A DNA stretch of 64,000 nucleotides, taken from positions 13,640,001 through 13,704,000 of the forward strand of contig OZ316775.1 in assembly GCA_973851085.1 (NCBI GenBank), in the 5' to 3' direction. The position numbers were made by a program, and so were the translations under genes. The stretch comes from Ptychomitrium polyphyllum (taxonomy: Eukaryota). The notes below the pieces were generated by a model that searched no databases, had not been told where the DNA came from, and worked only from the letters and a program-made list of their open reading frames with translations. The stretch's first letter is position 1; the number at the start of each line of letters is the position of its first letter. This document shows positions 1 to 13,432 of this stretch, in pieces.

Positions 1-3000
1 TTCCGATGGGCAGTGTAGGATCTAGTGCCTCTCATTGCAAGGACATAAGCCAACGAAAAGTCCCGGATTCTCATAGTGTGTTGAGTCTCGAGAATGAGGT
101 GCATATTGCATGGAGATTCCTTACTTTTGTCGTTGAGAACTCTGCAGGGGAGGGAAAGGTTAGCAATTGGAGCATGGGTTGCAAAAATTGCTGAGCACTT
201 ATCATGTTAACAGTTTTTTTTAAAAGAAATTGGCTGAAATACTTATTAAATTGAAAGCAACAAACAGACATTCCTAACACAACAATGTCCTTCACATTCA
301 TGGAGGCCAAGGGGACTCTCTTGTGATTACATTATGTGAAACTGTTTGGGGTGTATAAGACTGCCAGCTCTTTCTGCATTTTGCACATCATGCACCTCTG
401 CAGCAACCAAGTAAAGCTTGATTTTGAAGACTGAAACTTAGACTCCTCAAAATTGATATCAGATGTTTCATTCGTGATGCAAGAAAAAGAGTAGGATGAT
501 ATCAAATGGGATGAATTGATGGGTACATGGATAGGCCTCCACCGACAAATTTCATCTACCATACGGCTCTTGTACTGTATTTGTCTACATCCTGCAGGGA
601 AGACGACAACAGGTCATTGTCTTAAGAAAATAAGATGAACAATGTGTAAAAGTCTTAAATGAAAGCAAATTGCACTGGCTGCCATCTTACCCAATGAAGA
701 GATTAATATGTTGAAGTCGATCAAATCACACATATAAAAAAATCAATCAACAATGAATGCAACAAAGTGTGCACTGTACAACTTACAAGTGGCACACATG
801 CTAGTCTGACACCTCTCATCACCTAACTAATAGGAAAGTCCTTTAGTGGATCTTCTTTTCTAGCCTCACTGAATAAGACACAAGTCCATGAGGTGAATGA
901 CCATTTTATGATAATTGGATATTAGGGTATTTTTCATGGGGAATCACAGTATTGGCCTGAGTATCCCAGTTTTGACACTGGTAACTCTGCAAACTCTGCA
1001 AAATATTAGCATGCGAATAGGCTCATTTAATTTAACAGTAAATTTTGTTTACAAAGTAGTTTCAAGAGCATGAAAAGAAAAACATCTAAAACTTACAGAA
1101 GCTTGCCCAACAGAAGCTAAAAGGAAACAAAATACAGGTACCTCAAATTTGCAACTTTCATAGATTTGAGAAGTTGCCCACATAGATGTGAATATCTCAA
1201 ATCTAGCAAAAGCCTTAATATGAGATACATGTGGTTCTACCTTAATACATACAACATTTGTCTTCTCACATTCATTGAGTTCCAAATCTGAGACAATCTT
1301 TAAATCAGTTACATTTTGAGAGCAAGTGAATCAAATTTAAGAAAGTGGACATGTAAGTTGAGATATTGAATGTACAATATAATTTTAAAAAGTTTCAGGC
1401 AATTGTAATTATGGTTTGGAAAATAATGAGTTTTATTATTGAAGGAAGTAAATGAGTTTTGAAGTTGATCCAAAATTGTCATTAATTAATTAGTATTAAG
1501 AGTATTTGGGTTATGACATATGTATCATGTGGCACAAGATATGACATAGTAAACTAACATAATTCCATAATCATTATATTTAAGATTGAAATACTAGAAA
1601 ACAAATGTTAGAAGGTATAAATGAATGGTAATGTTTGTATACCTTATTTCAAGTTATATATATAATGTGTTATAATTTCAATTTGTTATAATATATCAAT
1701 TGGACTTTTGGTGGTAGACTTAATTAATTAACTAATGTTTGGCATTATAATATATAAAAGTATATTATTTATATTAATTATTTTGAAAAGGTATTTTTTA
1801 CTTATAATATTAGGTCTAATTGAAGTGCATGTCTTTAGATAAAGATATCTTATAAAGTTTCTTCATACAAACTTCTTGATTACAAAAAAATTGAAGAAAA
1901 GAAACTAAGTTGAAATTTTAATAAATTATTTTGGTTTTGTAGCTTAAAATAACATATCTTTCCAAAAGCATGCTAAATGCATACAACAATAATCCAAAGT
2001 GCAACTTATAGATTACTTATAATGATCATTTAGGTTCCATGCCTTTGTTTCATTAAAAAACACTAATTACCATTCAAATGAGTAGTTTTTATATATAACA
2101 ATAGTATTAGAAAAATTCAAAGCATATACATGTGAATTTTTTACAATTGCAATGAAAATAAATTCTAAATGGTATGTAACACATAGTAATAAGATATGGA
2201 ATTTTCAACCAAGTATCTAATATTCTTAAGGTACAAATACTTTATGCATTTATATTTCCACACTTACAAATATTCTTATACATACAAACACATCATATAT
2301 ATTTACTTATACATGTATGAATGTTTTGTGTATGCATATTCTTATACCCTAAAACTATGATGAAACAATATAGCCAAAATATGTTTGTGACTGTAGCTCC
2401 AAAAAAATAAAAATATTGACACATTTATAAGTGATTTCTAATTAAGTGTATTAAAAAGAAGTGTAAAAATTGAATCAATGGAGCGGCCAACTTGGAAATT
2501 AATTTCCTCCAAAATTGTGGTTGATTTTTATTCAATGTCTTTTAGGACTGTAAAAGCATAGTAAATTTTTTGTGTCTGTTCATTCTAGCTTTGTCCACTC
2601 ATTCTAATGTATAGCTCTTCAATTGAATCAGTGTATGTGTTCACTTGGTTCCTTTGTCCACTATATGTCATTATATCATTTATTTATAGTGCAAATGTTT
2701 GAAACATTCTAGATTCAACGTACCGACAAATTGTCACCTGTCGTAGCAACTACACGATACCCGGAACTCCCCGAGGTCGCCTTCCCCGCCCCGGGTATAA
2801 GTAGTCGCTCAACGGATGGATGAATAGGACCAAGGGATGCACACCCAAAAACCATCACTGCTCAGATCTGACGTCCTCTACCACGGGCTTACCTCCAGTG
2901 ACGACCCGTGATTATACTTTCCTGTCGACATCAGCTGTAATAAAAGTAAATTCTAGAATTGAGATATGTACGCTTTCTGTAGAGGATGCTGGTTTGGATA

Positions 3001-4196
3001 CACTGACGGTTTGGTAATGCGTAAGGTAGCGTACGACGTATCTCAATTGTACAGATACAGATACGTACGATGTGACCGTACGTGCGAGGAGGTGAAGTAG
3101 AGAGAAGAAGGTGAAGACGAGGCGAGTTGCCGTCCGATCGAGACTGTCCGTCGTTTTTTTTTTTTGCCTTTTTTTTTTTTTTTTTTCCTTTCTTTTCCTT
3201 GGCATTTGTGGCCGCTTGCGCGTACGCTTCGATCTCACTGTTGAGCGCTCTTGTGATTCTCTGTAAGGAGCGTTTTTCCTCGAAATTTGGCGCTTATTTG
3301 CGTTCTCCAGGGAATACTCGCTCTTAATGTTTGCTTTTGGTAAGTCTCAGAGACTTTGGAGTCGAGCGTCTTTCTTTCTCGAGGTTTTCGTTGTCCGTTT
3401 TCGTGTTCAGCTGTTGTGATGTTTGAGAACATTAGACGTTGAGATGGTGCATCGCATGTAGTTTTTGAGGAATTGAAGCTGGATGAGTCAGTCAACTTCT
3501 GTTTTTTGAGCGCTTGTCTGTGTGATGATGTTTGTTTTGCAGGGATCGGATCCTGTTTGATTTACTCCTTTGTTGAGGATGTTTAGGATCGCGTTCGACT
3601 GATTCGGCGTGCTGGTGTGGTAGGTCAATCAGGTGATGATTTCTTTGTGTTTTGGAGAAGTTTTGTGTTTCTGTATCTTGTTTAGTCAAATTAGGTCTGG
3701 TTGCCTTCGCAACGTTAAAGCTTAAGTGATGCTGTTACGCATTGTAGTATTTTACCTCCCTTTCTAACGATTCTGCAAACCGTTCGAGGGAAATAATTGG
3801 AAATGTTTTACTGGCTCTTTGGTACATGCCCTTTCCTTCAACTATTTTTCTCATAGACCGTCTTGTTGTTATCTAACATGGAATGGCATTTCATCTATGC
3901 ATATCGTGATTTCTGTTATGTACATCAGATACTTTTAGTGTTTGGAGACCGAGGATTCATAACTTCCTTTAACCTAATTTGTCGAGAATCAAGCATCTTT
4001 GCAGGCGAGCTGCCGATGGCATGCTAAGATTATCTTATTTAGCTGTCATTTTTTTTCTTTCCTTTCTTTATATCAATTCTGGTACATTAATGTTTCTGAC
4101 GTCTGTATTGTGCTCCTGCGATATTGCAATGGCTGAGTTATTTTGAGTTGTTTTCTCTGTTTGATTTTCAGACCATATTCAGGGTGATCTGAAAGG

Positions 4197-7100
4197 ATGA
4201 TGGAGAATGCAGTTCGTTTGATAGGGACGTTTTACGTGAACAAATGGGCCAATGATTGGTTGAAGAAGTTCAAGCGCACGCCGCGGGAAGGCCTGCCCTT
4301 ACTTCTTTCGTCTTCACAGGCTTCTCTATTGTATATCATTTTTACTCTTACACTATCCAATTTGCATCTGCGTAATTAGAGCATTCTTCCCGATCGTATT
4401 ACTCTATGAATATCAATTACGAGACTGTTCAACGCCCTGCATTCTAATTAGGCAGATTTAGTTAATGTCTTCACGAATATCCCTTACTCCTTCCTTCGTT
4501 TGGACGAGGGAAATAGCCTCAGGGGGTCTCTTAAGGGCGTGTAGCGGCATCACAAGAACTTTAATGTTTTAAAACGGACTGTTGCTCTTGACATACTTGA
4601 TCTGGACCTGGGCTTTTTCACGAGGTTACTAGCTAATGATAAATTCATGCTCATTCTTTACGTGTTCCAGCCTGTTTATCTTGTATACCTGGCTGACGGG
4701 GCTCGGTCTCGAAGTTACATGTAGATTTAGATTTAGGGTTTAAGATTAAAAGTTGGTCATCTGACTTTAAGAACTCTTGGTTTATGTGGAACCACAATAT
4801 ATGATGAACGTGTTTGTGCAGGGACGAAACTCATGGTCCGGAGAATTTGCTGAATGTGTTTGGAAACATATCGAGGGAGCTGCTGGAACAAATTCACTAT
4901 GTGAACAAGCATCTCATCTTTTGGCAGATTAGAGCCCAGGTAGACTGCCGCATGTCTTTTTATTAAGGTGCATGTAACTATTCTGATGTTTTTCCCTAGC
5001 AATTAAAATCTTGCAGCGATCAACAGGACATACAATCTTAAATCAAAGATATTTAGCTCGCGTCGTTTTTCTCATTTTTCTCATTTCTCATAACTCCTAC
5101 GTGAACAACCAGGGTTCAGAGAAAGATAAAGTTCGATTCATGATGTTAGAAAGGGGCCCAATTGCCTTTCTTCGTGGACTGAAGAAAATTGCACGGTCTT
5201 TCTTTCTGGAAACTTCACTTACTAGTGGGCTAGTATCTGCGGCCTATACTCGCATTAATGAAAGAGTGAATATGCTCAACACTCTGCGTAAGCGACTCGC
5301 TATTATCATTGGCCAGGTCAGCTCTATGACCTTCATATTCTGTGTTGCTGAGATGTGATCAGTGTAGCGGCTTGAAGGTTTTTCTGAGAATGTCGGTACA
5401 CCTTGTTAGGGTTTACTGAAACAGAGATTTTGGTGGTTTTCAGGTGCACCTTCAGGTGGCAAAGATGGGGGAGAAAGTGGACGCAAGAAGGGATAGTGGA
5501 CACAGGGGGGAAACTCGACGTGTAGTTTCTGAATGTGTAATTGCTGTGCTGTTTGCGTTGAATGGGCTGGAAGGAGTTTACGACCTTCCACAGGCAGGTG
5601 ACGACCCACTCTTGATATGTTGCAAATTTTTATCCAGATATTTGGAGTTACTTTTCCCATTCTTGGAGTGTTACTCCTATCATTAGATAGATTTGCCCTT
5701 TGCCGCAAAGACCTTCATGTTAGAATCTCATGTAGACACGTTTGTGAACCTGGCAGAGTGATTACCATGGCCATGGAGATCCAATCGACTCGCAAACTAT
5801 TGTCCTAGAGTTTGATCGGATGTCAGAGGATCTAATGCGAGGAATGGATTGGACCGATTATGAACTCCAAGCTGCTCTTCGTTTGCTATCGAGCAACGTA
5901 TTGAAACTTAAAGAGTTTCTATATTCTCTTGTACATACCTGGCTTCCTTATTTGTGTAGTTACCTAGAACAGAAGCTAGAGGTTACAGTGATTTAAGATA
6001 CGAGTATCTAAAAATAAGTTTTTCTGTGCTACAGGTTTTGATATGTGCTTCAACAAGGTGGCACATGTTACGAAGCAAAGTCGAATTTGCTAGCTTGTTG
6101 CCTTGTTGGTAAAGTAGCGTTGATGATGTTGTAGGAGTGTGGTAACTTGGACTCTTCAAGTACATGGAGTCTTGTATTTGGAACGTAGGCATTGTATCAT
6201 TAAAACCAATTGGTTATTCTGGTTTTCTCGTTGCAGGTGCCTTGTTATGAAAAGCCAAAGAGACATGTCAGATACTGGCTGCAATATAGCGGTGGTGCAG
6301 TTGGACTTGCTGTAGCTTCTGTCTGGCTTATCCAGCACAGTCGATTAGGAGGCAGTGATGACCTTGATCGCTGGATAGACAAGGCTCGTGAAGACTCGTA
6401 CCTGTTCCTGGACAAGCGTGTACACCAACCGGTACAGTTTCTATCAAAATTTAAAGTACTCTTGTAATGCTGATCTGTCTCTTAGTTTGAATGAAGCATT
6501 CAAAGAGTGATCATGGCAGAATTCTATCGGCATTGGAAGTGTGCGTTTTTTCTTATCTCGCCTATTAATCTGAAAATTTGGATTTGTCCTTTCAGTTGAC
6601 GGCCATTAAAGGCGAGCTCTTTGACACTTTTCGCAAACGTCGCCAGGGTACCGCACAGCTTGAAGAAGTGAAGCTCGCCTCAGACGCCTTAAATAGGTGC
6701 CTTTGTTGATTATGCTTTCTAGTTGCTTTCACTCGATCCTTTTTTAGTAGTTAGGATACAAAGCCTTGATGTGCCTCCTGAATCTTTTCTTAGCTTATTT
6801 AAGGGTAGTTTGTGATTTTATCGGCAGAATTGGGATTACATGACAAACAATGGGATATTTCTTATTGCATTACTTGATTCTGTGGAGCATCTCGTCGGAA
6901 AAGATGTGCAACATTAAATTTACCTTAAGGTTGCATGTTACCTTAAAGCAAAATTTGCTGCATAGAAAGGTTCTTTTGTTTAAGTGTTGAACAAGAGATC
7001 TTGTTTTGAGTATCATGTGCCTTCTATTAAGTGCAGGATGGTTAAAGAGTTTGTAACCCAAACAAAGGGTATCAAAGTGACATCGACTGCATCAGAGGAG

Positions 7101-9026
7101 GAGCTGATGAAAATGGTGATGAGCAGGTTAGAAAAGTTTGGTTTAATGTCCTTTGTTGACGATAAAGGTATTGTGGTTTGTCATCCATCAAAAATATGTA
7201 GAGATATTCCTCAGGAATTGGGTGCTTGTTTCTAGAATTGTGTTTCAGAATCCCTCCAGTAGCGTGTATGTCTCTCTTCTTGTAGTCAATTCTGCCTCTT
7301 GCCTATCCAGATATGAACAAGAGTTGGTCAATCCTGTCAAAAACCTTCTTGGAGGAGAGCTGGCAAGGGCATTGCTGATACAGGTTACTGAATTCGATCT
7401 CGATGTTATACTTGGTCCATTTATATTCTGGTTTTCATTGACAACGCAAGCACGACATCAATGCATACGTGTTTGTATGCATAGAATTATAATACAATCT
7501 CTAGTCCACTTATCTCTAATGGATATCATTGTTAAGCAGCCAGCATTACCATATTTATTTGGTCGAGTAAACTGCTAATTATCTTCGTTTACATGTTCTG
7601 TGTTTATTACAGGTTCAAAAGCTGAAACTTGACGTGGAGATGTAAGTTTCATATCTGTACTTTACTACATAACTTGGGATAATTGTTTGTACTTCCAGTA
7701 GGCTGGTATATCTGGCCAAACGTTCTTTAAGAAATTTCTGTGAATATCTAAATTTGCATTCGTACTTTCCGTTTTGTGCTCAGTGATTTCTATAAATAGA
7801 GTTCAGTTGAGTGAGGGCCCTGACTGGTTTTGAAAATTTATGCTTTGTTTAATACTCCTGTAGGGCGGTACTAGATTTAAATCAAATTCTACGAGCAAAT
7901 GAGATCAACTTTGCAATCCTAGCATTTTTACCGGCTTTCGCTTGTGCTCTCATTCTCGGTGCTCTGATTCGTCATCCATTTTACAATGAGGTTAGTAACT
8001 ATTCTTAATAATGTATGGTGCATTTTCTTTGGACTACATTTTGGGTTGAAGGCCGTAGAACTTGGTTCTACCATGTCGTTTATTCGCTGCAGCAGTTAGT
8101 GAAGCATGCAGTGTTTGTTATCGAATTCAGCTCGCAGCTCTCTGGATTTGCTGCAGAAAGGGGCAGAAGGTAGAGGAAGGAGAGCTCAGATGATCCGTCG
8201 TATGCTTATGGTTGAGGTGGAGAAAGGGGTTATGACTTGCCAAATAAGAGACGATGAGAATCGTGTAAGTTTATTTTCAATCTATTTATCTCGATGCAGA
8301 AGAGTCTAGATTAAGGTTTGGTTTTTTATAAGCATACAGTGCAGTATCGTACAGACATGATGAAAGCGATAATATCAAGTGTGTAGTAGATCATATACCT
8401 TAAAACTGTGAACAGCGACCTTCAGGCTGCGCTGCAAACTTAAGAATTCATTTGATGAACTTTTTTTGGATTTTCAACTTGGTTGTCACAGGGGGATGAT
8501 GCAGCAGTCGAATTTGGGATGCTAATTTACAGCCTTGATCAATTGCATAAAGGGGTACATAAAGCTGCAGAATACACTGGCGAATGGTCTAGGTCAGTGT
8601 AAAGTCATTCACGTCACTTATTTATACATACTACATTTATTTCAGAGTATTCTATGCTTCTTAGTAGACAACATGATGTTAACTCAATATTTTCTTTTAG
8701 TTCTCTGTTCTATGTGTGCGGGGACTAAAAAGATGAGAACATTATGCTAAATAGTATAGCGTCAGCGAAAAACTCGTGGACGATATTACTTCATTTCTAT
8801 TGCGCCTCTTTGCTTGAATGATGTTCTTTCCTTTTCTTTTCTTTTTGATGCTTGAATCCTCAAAACCATCCAAATTCATTTAGTTCTATTTGTATGCAGC
8901 TTGCGAAGAGATATCATCGACTTAGCAAATCCCAGAATCCCAACGTTTTACAAGCTTGCGATAGCAGAGAGAATGGAGCGGGTCTATGATTGCCTTGCAC
9001 CCATGCCCAAATGGTTACTGACCTGA
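4197..9026 (+). CDS. DGS1: DGS1 / NCA2-domain mitochondrial outer-membrane protein, ~576 aa, 14 coding exons
   Basis: Hand-spliced exons 4197-4330, 4822-4939, 5113-5316, 5444-5593, 5757-5930, 6237-6431, 6596-6696, 7037-7126, 7311-7383, 7613-7641, 7864-7990, 8157-8264, 8492-8592, 8900-9026 give one open frame. It contains DGS1 motifs FMMLERGP, RYWLQYSGGAVGL, ELFDTFRKR, GELARALLIQVQKLKLD, QILRANEINFAILA and ERVYDCL. The first-exon donor and the 5593 (GC) donor are less certain. Confidence 0.9.
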
Positions 9027-10759
9027 AGGATGAGGGTTCCATTGTTACATTTTCGAGCAAAAAGGAGTCGTTACTCCTTACCCACAGAACCTGAGATGGT
9101 GTATGATCACCACCACATGCAGGTATGTTGTTGTATTCGCACATTTCACATGTTTGTTGAATTTAGCCAAACATTTGCACAAATAGGTACGATACATAAA
9201 ATCGGTATTCTAATTGTTTTCGTCGCATGAAATCCAATGAGACGAACAGCGGAACTCCCTGTTAGTTCCATTTGTGCAAACTGATGTAAGGTCTCTTAGT
9301 GATTTGTTGAGTCAAGTTCCATTCTAGTTCAGCACGATGCAATTTTCTGGGAGAAGAACTGTCACTTAATGTATTGTCTTATAATTTCTGGGAGATACTA
9401 CATGAAGGTTTTCTCGATTGCTGTTGTCTCGGGATTAATAACTTTCAAAGGTGTATAAATATCTTTGGATTGAAAGTCGTTTTAATATCTATTGTAGTAA
9501 CTGTGGAAGCACTGCTGCAGGATTGGGTTTTCTTGGCGCAGCTCTAGGTTGGGAACCTGATTTGGTCGCTACATGTGTTCCATCAACAGAAAGGAAGTTT
9601 CAAATTCTTTACTGGAATGTTTTAAGAAATTTTGATGGAGCCTCTGCACGACTTGCACAGGTTTCGTAGCAGGTTGACCTACAGTCTCCTCTACAGCTCG
9701 AAAATCCTTCAATCTTATGTGAATCTCATTTTTTGCACTTGTGATCTAGCTGATTTGACTAATATTTCTTGCATAACGAAGTCGCCATTATTTTTCCCCT
9801 ACACGGGCTTGCCAGCCTTTAGTCTGTACACAAGCTCAGGACACGTTGAACTGGTTGGAGTATAACATGTACAGCGAATCATTCATGTCAGTGAAAACAT
9901 CACATGTTGATGTGCGATGATGAAGCAGTTTGGAACCTGAAATTACTGGACATGATTTATGTCATTTTTAGTGTATGCAATATCTCAGACCGTAAATGGT
10001 GTTCAGAATGCCTCAAGTTTACAATAGGACCAAGTAGTGTTCATAGAATTACAGCTTCATTGATTTCTTTCCTATCCCAATCTGGTAACCTTGTACTCTC
10101 TAGAGTAAGGACAAGTACCCATGCTCAATCGAGACTCGAACGCTATAAATATACATTTCAATAACTTCCGAGTCTGTCCACCTTTCTAGGTGCATCGTTC
10201 TAAACCGTTTCCGACTGAGATCTTCGGCGGGCTTCAAGAATCTACTCCCGGATTCTGCATGGGTCTACGACAGTGATTATTAATGTGGCCGCGGGACGGA
10301 ATATCAACGTCACAGTATTGTTCGATTGCGCTGAATGTCCAGGGTAAGGAGCTGCAGTGTACGTCGTATGCGAGGTAGTAATGACGCTGTCTGTGCAGTT
10401 GTTGCGGCCTTTGTTATCTACGATGCCTTTTCTGTTGCTGTTGATTCGCTGCCGATAGAGTGATTGCATGGAAGAGTTATTCGACCGGCTCTCGCATCTC
10501 TGCTTGTTGAAGCGCATAGTTGGCATTATATACTGACCACCGATCCGGGCGTGAGGCACCATGCCGGACACAAGCCGCCTTGGTCAAGAGCGCTGGCGGC
10601 TCTCTCGCTAGTTGAAAAGTTGGTGACTGACAAAGCATATGGCTTACTGTGTACCTCGTTCCTGGGTTCCAAGACTCCCAGTTCTGGTTGTTTCGATTTT
10701 CTTTCTTTATTGCCACTGGGTTCATACCCACAGCTTCACTCCTTCGAGCCCCCGGGCAG

Positions 10760-12750
10760 GGATATATATAAAAATATAGATAAGAAGAATAATATATATA
10801 AATATATAAAAATATAGATAAGAAGAATAATATATATAAATTATTATTATTTTTTTTAAAAAAAAAATTAGCTAATGTTTACAAATAGAACTTAAAACTT
10901 CACTTCTTGAATTTCTTCTACATTAAATTATTACATAAATTTTGATAAATTTTAAATATAATCTATTACAAATATATCAATGAAGAAACTTCTTCTTAGT
11001 ATTTGAAAGAATGATAGGACTTTAATGTGTTACTTATTTGAAATTGAATGTGTATACATTTAGGATTAAAGTCAAAATTACCATATTTGTAGCAATTGTT
11101 ACTTTAACTTATTCCTTATTTATATTTTATTTGGTATACTATTTTTATTTTTCTTTTCAATTATATCATCTTTATTTAATATGCTATTCCTTTCCTTATT
11201 TATGTTATTCTTCTTATCTATATTTTTCTAAACTCTACTTGTTTTTATCCTTATCTATCCTATTTCTATTCCAAACCATCATTCATGAATTTTATTTAAT
11301 TTGTTTTCATCCTCTAAAACCTTTGTAAATCATTCTTATAAGTTTTTATCCTTCAATATAATCTCAATCAACTAATTTTTTTATATATTCAAAACCTTTC
11401 ATTTGTTTTTAAAAATATCACACTTTTAAAATTGTTTCATTACTACTAGTTGTTTTATTATTTCATTATTACAATCAACTGTTTATATTCTATCAAATTA
11501 TTTAAATTTTTTATTGATTAATTTTGTATGTTTATTTTTCAAAGTTTGAAACAACTTCATTGTCCATTTTAATTGTAATGGATTACTTTAATAGAAATTC
11601 TCCAATAAAACATATTTCATTTTATTTTTATTCCAAAATGATCATGTTTAAAATCGTTCTTATTGCTATAGACAATAGTACATCTTTTTCTAGTCCAAAT
11701 TTTTTTATTGTTTCAATGCTTCTATAAAATGCCTTAATCCTATGACAGATTCTATTAAAAAATTTATTCTATTAAGTGCCTTATTCTATTCTATTGATTG
11801 TTTATACTATCTATGCCTACAAACGTCATTTGTATTAAAAGATAAATGAATCACACTCAAAGCTTGCAAAAATAAGAATTATTTAATATAATGAAAGAGT
11901 GCATTAGTCATTATTGTTATATTATTATTGTTATAGTCATTATTGTTATGTTTATAATTATTAATATTTATATTTGATCTATTTTGAAGTTTATATCAAT
12001 GATCTTATTTAGTTTCTTTTTTATTTCTATTGGCATTCTTGGAATGTTCAAATGATTAATCTACAAAGTTATTTAATCATTTGTACAATCATTTGATGCC
12101 TTTATTGTTTTGCAAGTTTTTAGATTTTTTCATTAAAGTAGACAAAAAAAGCTTCTATAAATTAAACAAGTTATCTGTGTTCAAGTATGCACGTTGCTTA
12201 TTTTTTTGGATGAACAGCCACAATGAATATTATTTGTAAAGTTGAACAAGTCTACCTTGTGATTTCCCTAACTTTGAAGACTATTGAAGTCAACTTTTGA
12301 CAAAGTCTCACTGTCTCACATGTGACCAAATAGAAAGGCTTAAATAGAAGCTTAGTTAGAAGCTTCAACTTCACTAAAGCAAGATGCTTTCTGTGTGCTG
12401 TACAACTTCATTGCACCTTCTTAGACGCAAGCCACACCTATTTTTGTTGAAGTTTGAATTCAAATGAAATGAAAAGTTTATTTATTTATACATTTAAAAA
12501 TGACTTTAAACATAATAATGTTGTTGAATTAGCATCTTACACCATTCCTTTGAAAATCTCATCTTTGAGTCATCTAAAATCAATAGCCTATACGAGCTAA
12601 GCCGATTGAAACTAGTTAATTAATTGAAACTAATGAAATAACAAATAACAATAATAAATTTTATTGAATATAGAAGCTAAATAAGATAAATTAAAACAAG
12701 CTACAAAAATTCTAGTTACTTATATTTTTTTGTATGTACTAAAACAGTGC
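10760..12750. other. AT-rich degenerate block, probable decayed transposon remnant
   Basis: Abrupt composition switch after cccgggcaggg at ~10760. CpG is nearly absent and there are no recognisable ORFs. TE origin is inference. Confidence 0.35.
10764..10839. repeat. 38-bp tandem duplication at the edge of an AT-rich block
   Basis: atatataaaaatatagataagaagaataatatatataa occurs at 10764 and again at 10802. Confidence 0.85.
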
Positions 12751-13018
12751 TTGGACAAAATAATTAACTGCCACCCACAGCATTGTTGTTGAGACGCTCA
12801 GTCTCTCTTACTTACGTCTCCAATTTGACGTTCAATTTGAGCCTCTAAGGTCTTGCATTTGTCTTTATCAAGGGTCCCTTGCCATGATGTGCTCAAAGGC
12901 GCAATGGTGTTCATAAATTTCAGCAACTCTCTCCAAGTTTTCATGTTGAACTTTGCTTTGCCATATTACTTCACACACCCATTTGGAAGCCACAGCCATT
13001 GAGAGAAAACTGAAAGCC

Positions 13019-13432
13019 ATGGCTTTGGAGCCTGCATACTTTGTCCACAATGCCTACAGCTTGCCATACAATTTCCAAACTCTCTCGTCCAGGGAGACGG
13101 TGCTTGTCTTCAATCTGATGGTGCCAATGTGCTGCACGGGATGCGTAGCCATGGTTCATGATGCGCTCTTGGGCTTGAGGGGCATCCAGGATGTTGTTAT
13201 CGATCTCCACAACCAACGGGTTACAATCACTGGGCACATAGATCTGCTTGCAGTTTTATACAGATTGAGGAGCTTTGGGGCAACACTCTCTCCTCCACAT
13301 CTCATGCAACGAATCAACAGACAATCAGATGCGTCGTATATCCAGACCCGTTACACTAGGACTCACTGCCCTGTGTACAGACCTGAAGGGTCCGTAACTC
13401 ATATATTTCGAGAGGGCTTGGCATTGGAGTGA
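13019..13432 (+). CDS. HMA-domain protein (HPP-like), divergent copy 1, 137 aa
   Basis: Intronless ORF from ATG 13019. HMA fold: FNLMVPMCCTGC...GIQDVVIDLHNQRVTITG. Shares EPxYFVH with the neighbouring paralogues. Confidence 0.75.
   Translation: MALEPAYFVHNAYSLPYNFQTLSSRETVLVFNLMVPMCCTGCVAMVHDALLGLRGIQDVVIDLHNQRVTITGHIDLLAVLYRLRSFGATLSPPHLMQRINRQSDASYIQTRYTRTHCPVYRPEGSVTHIFREGLALE

Noticed and set aside
4724..4748. Telomere-like tttagggttt in a DGS1 intron
   Set aside because: Only one perfect unit, which is not an interstitial telomeric array.
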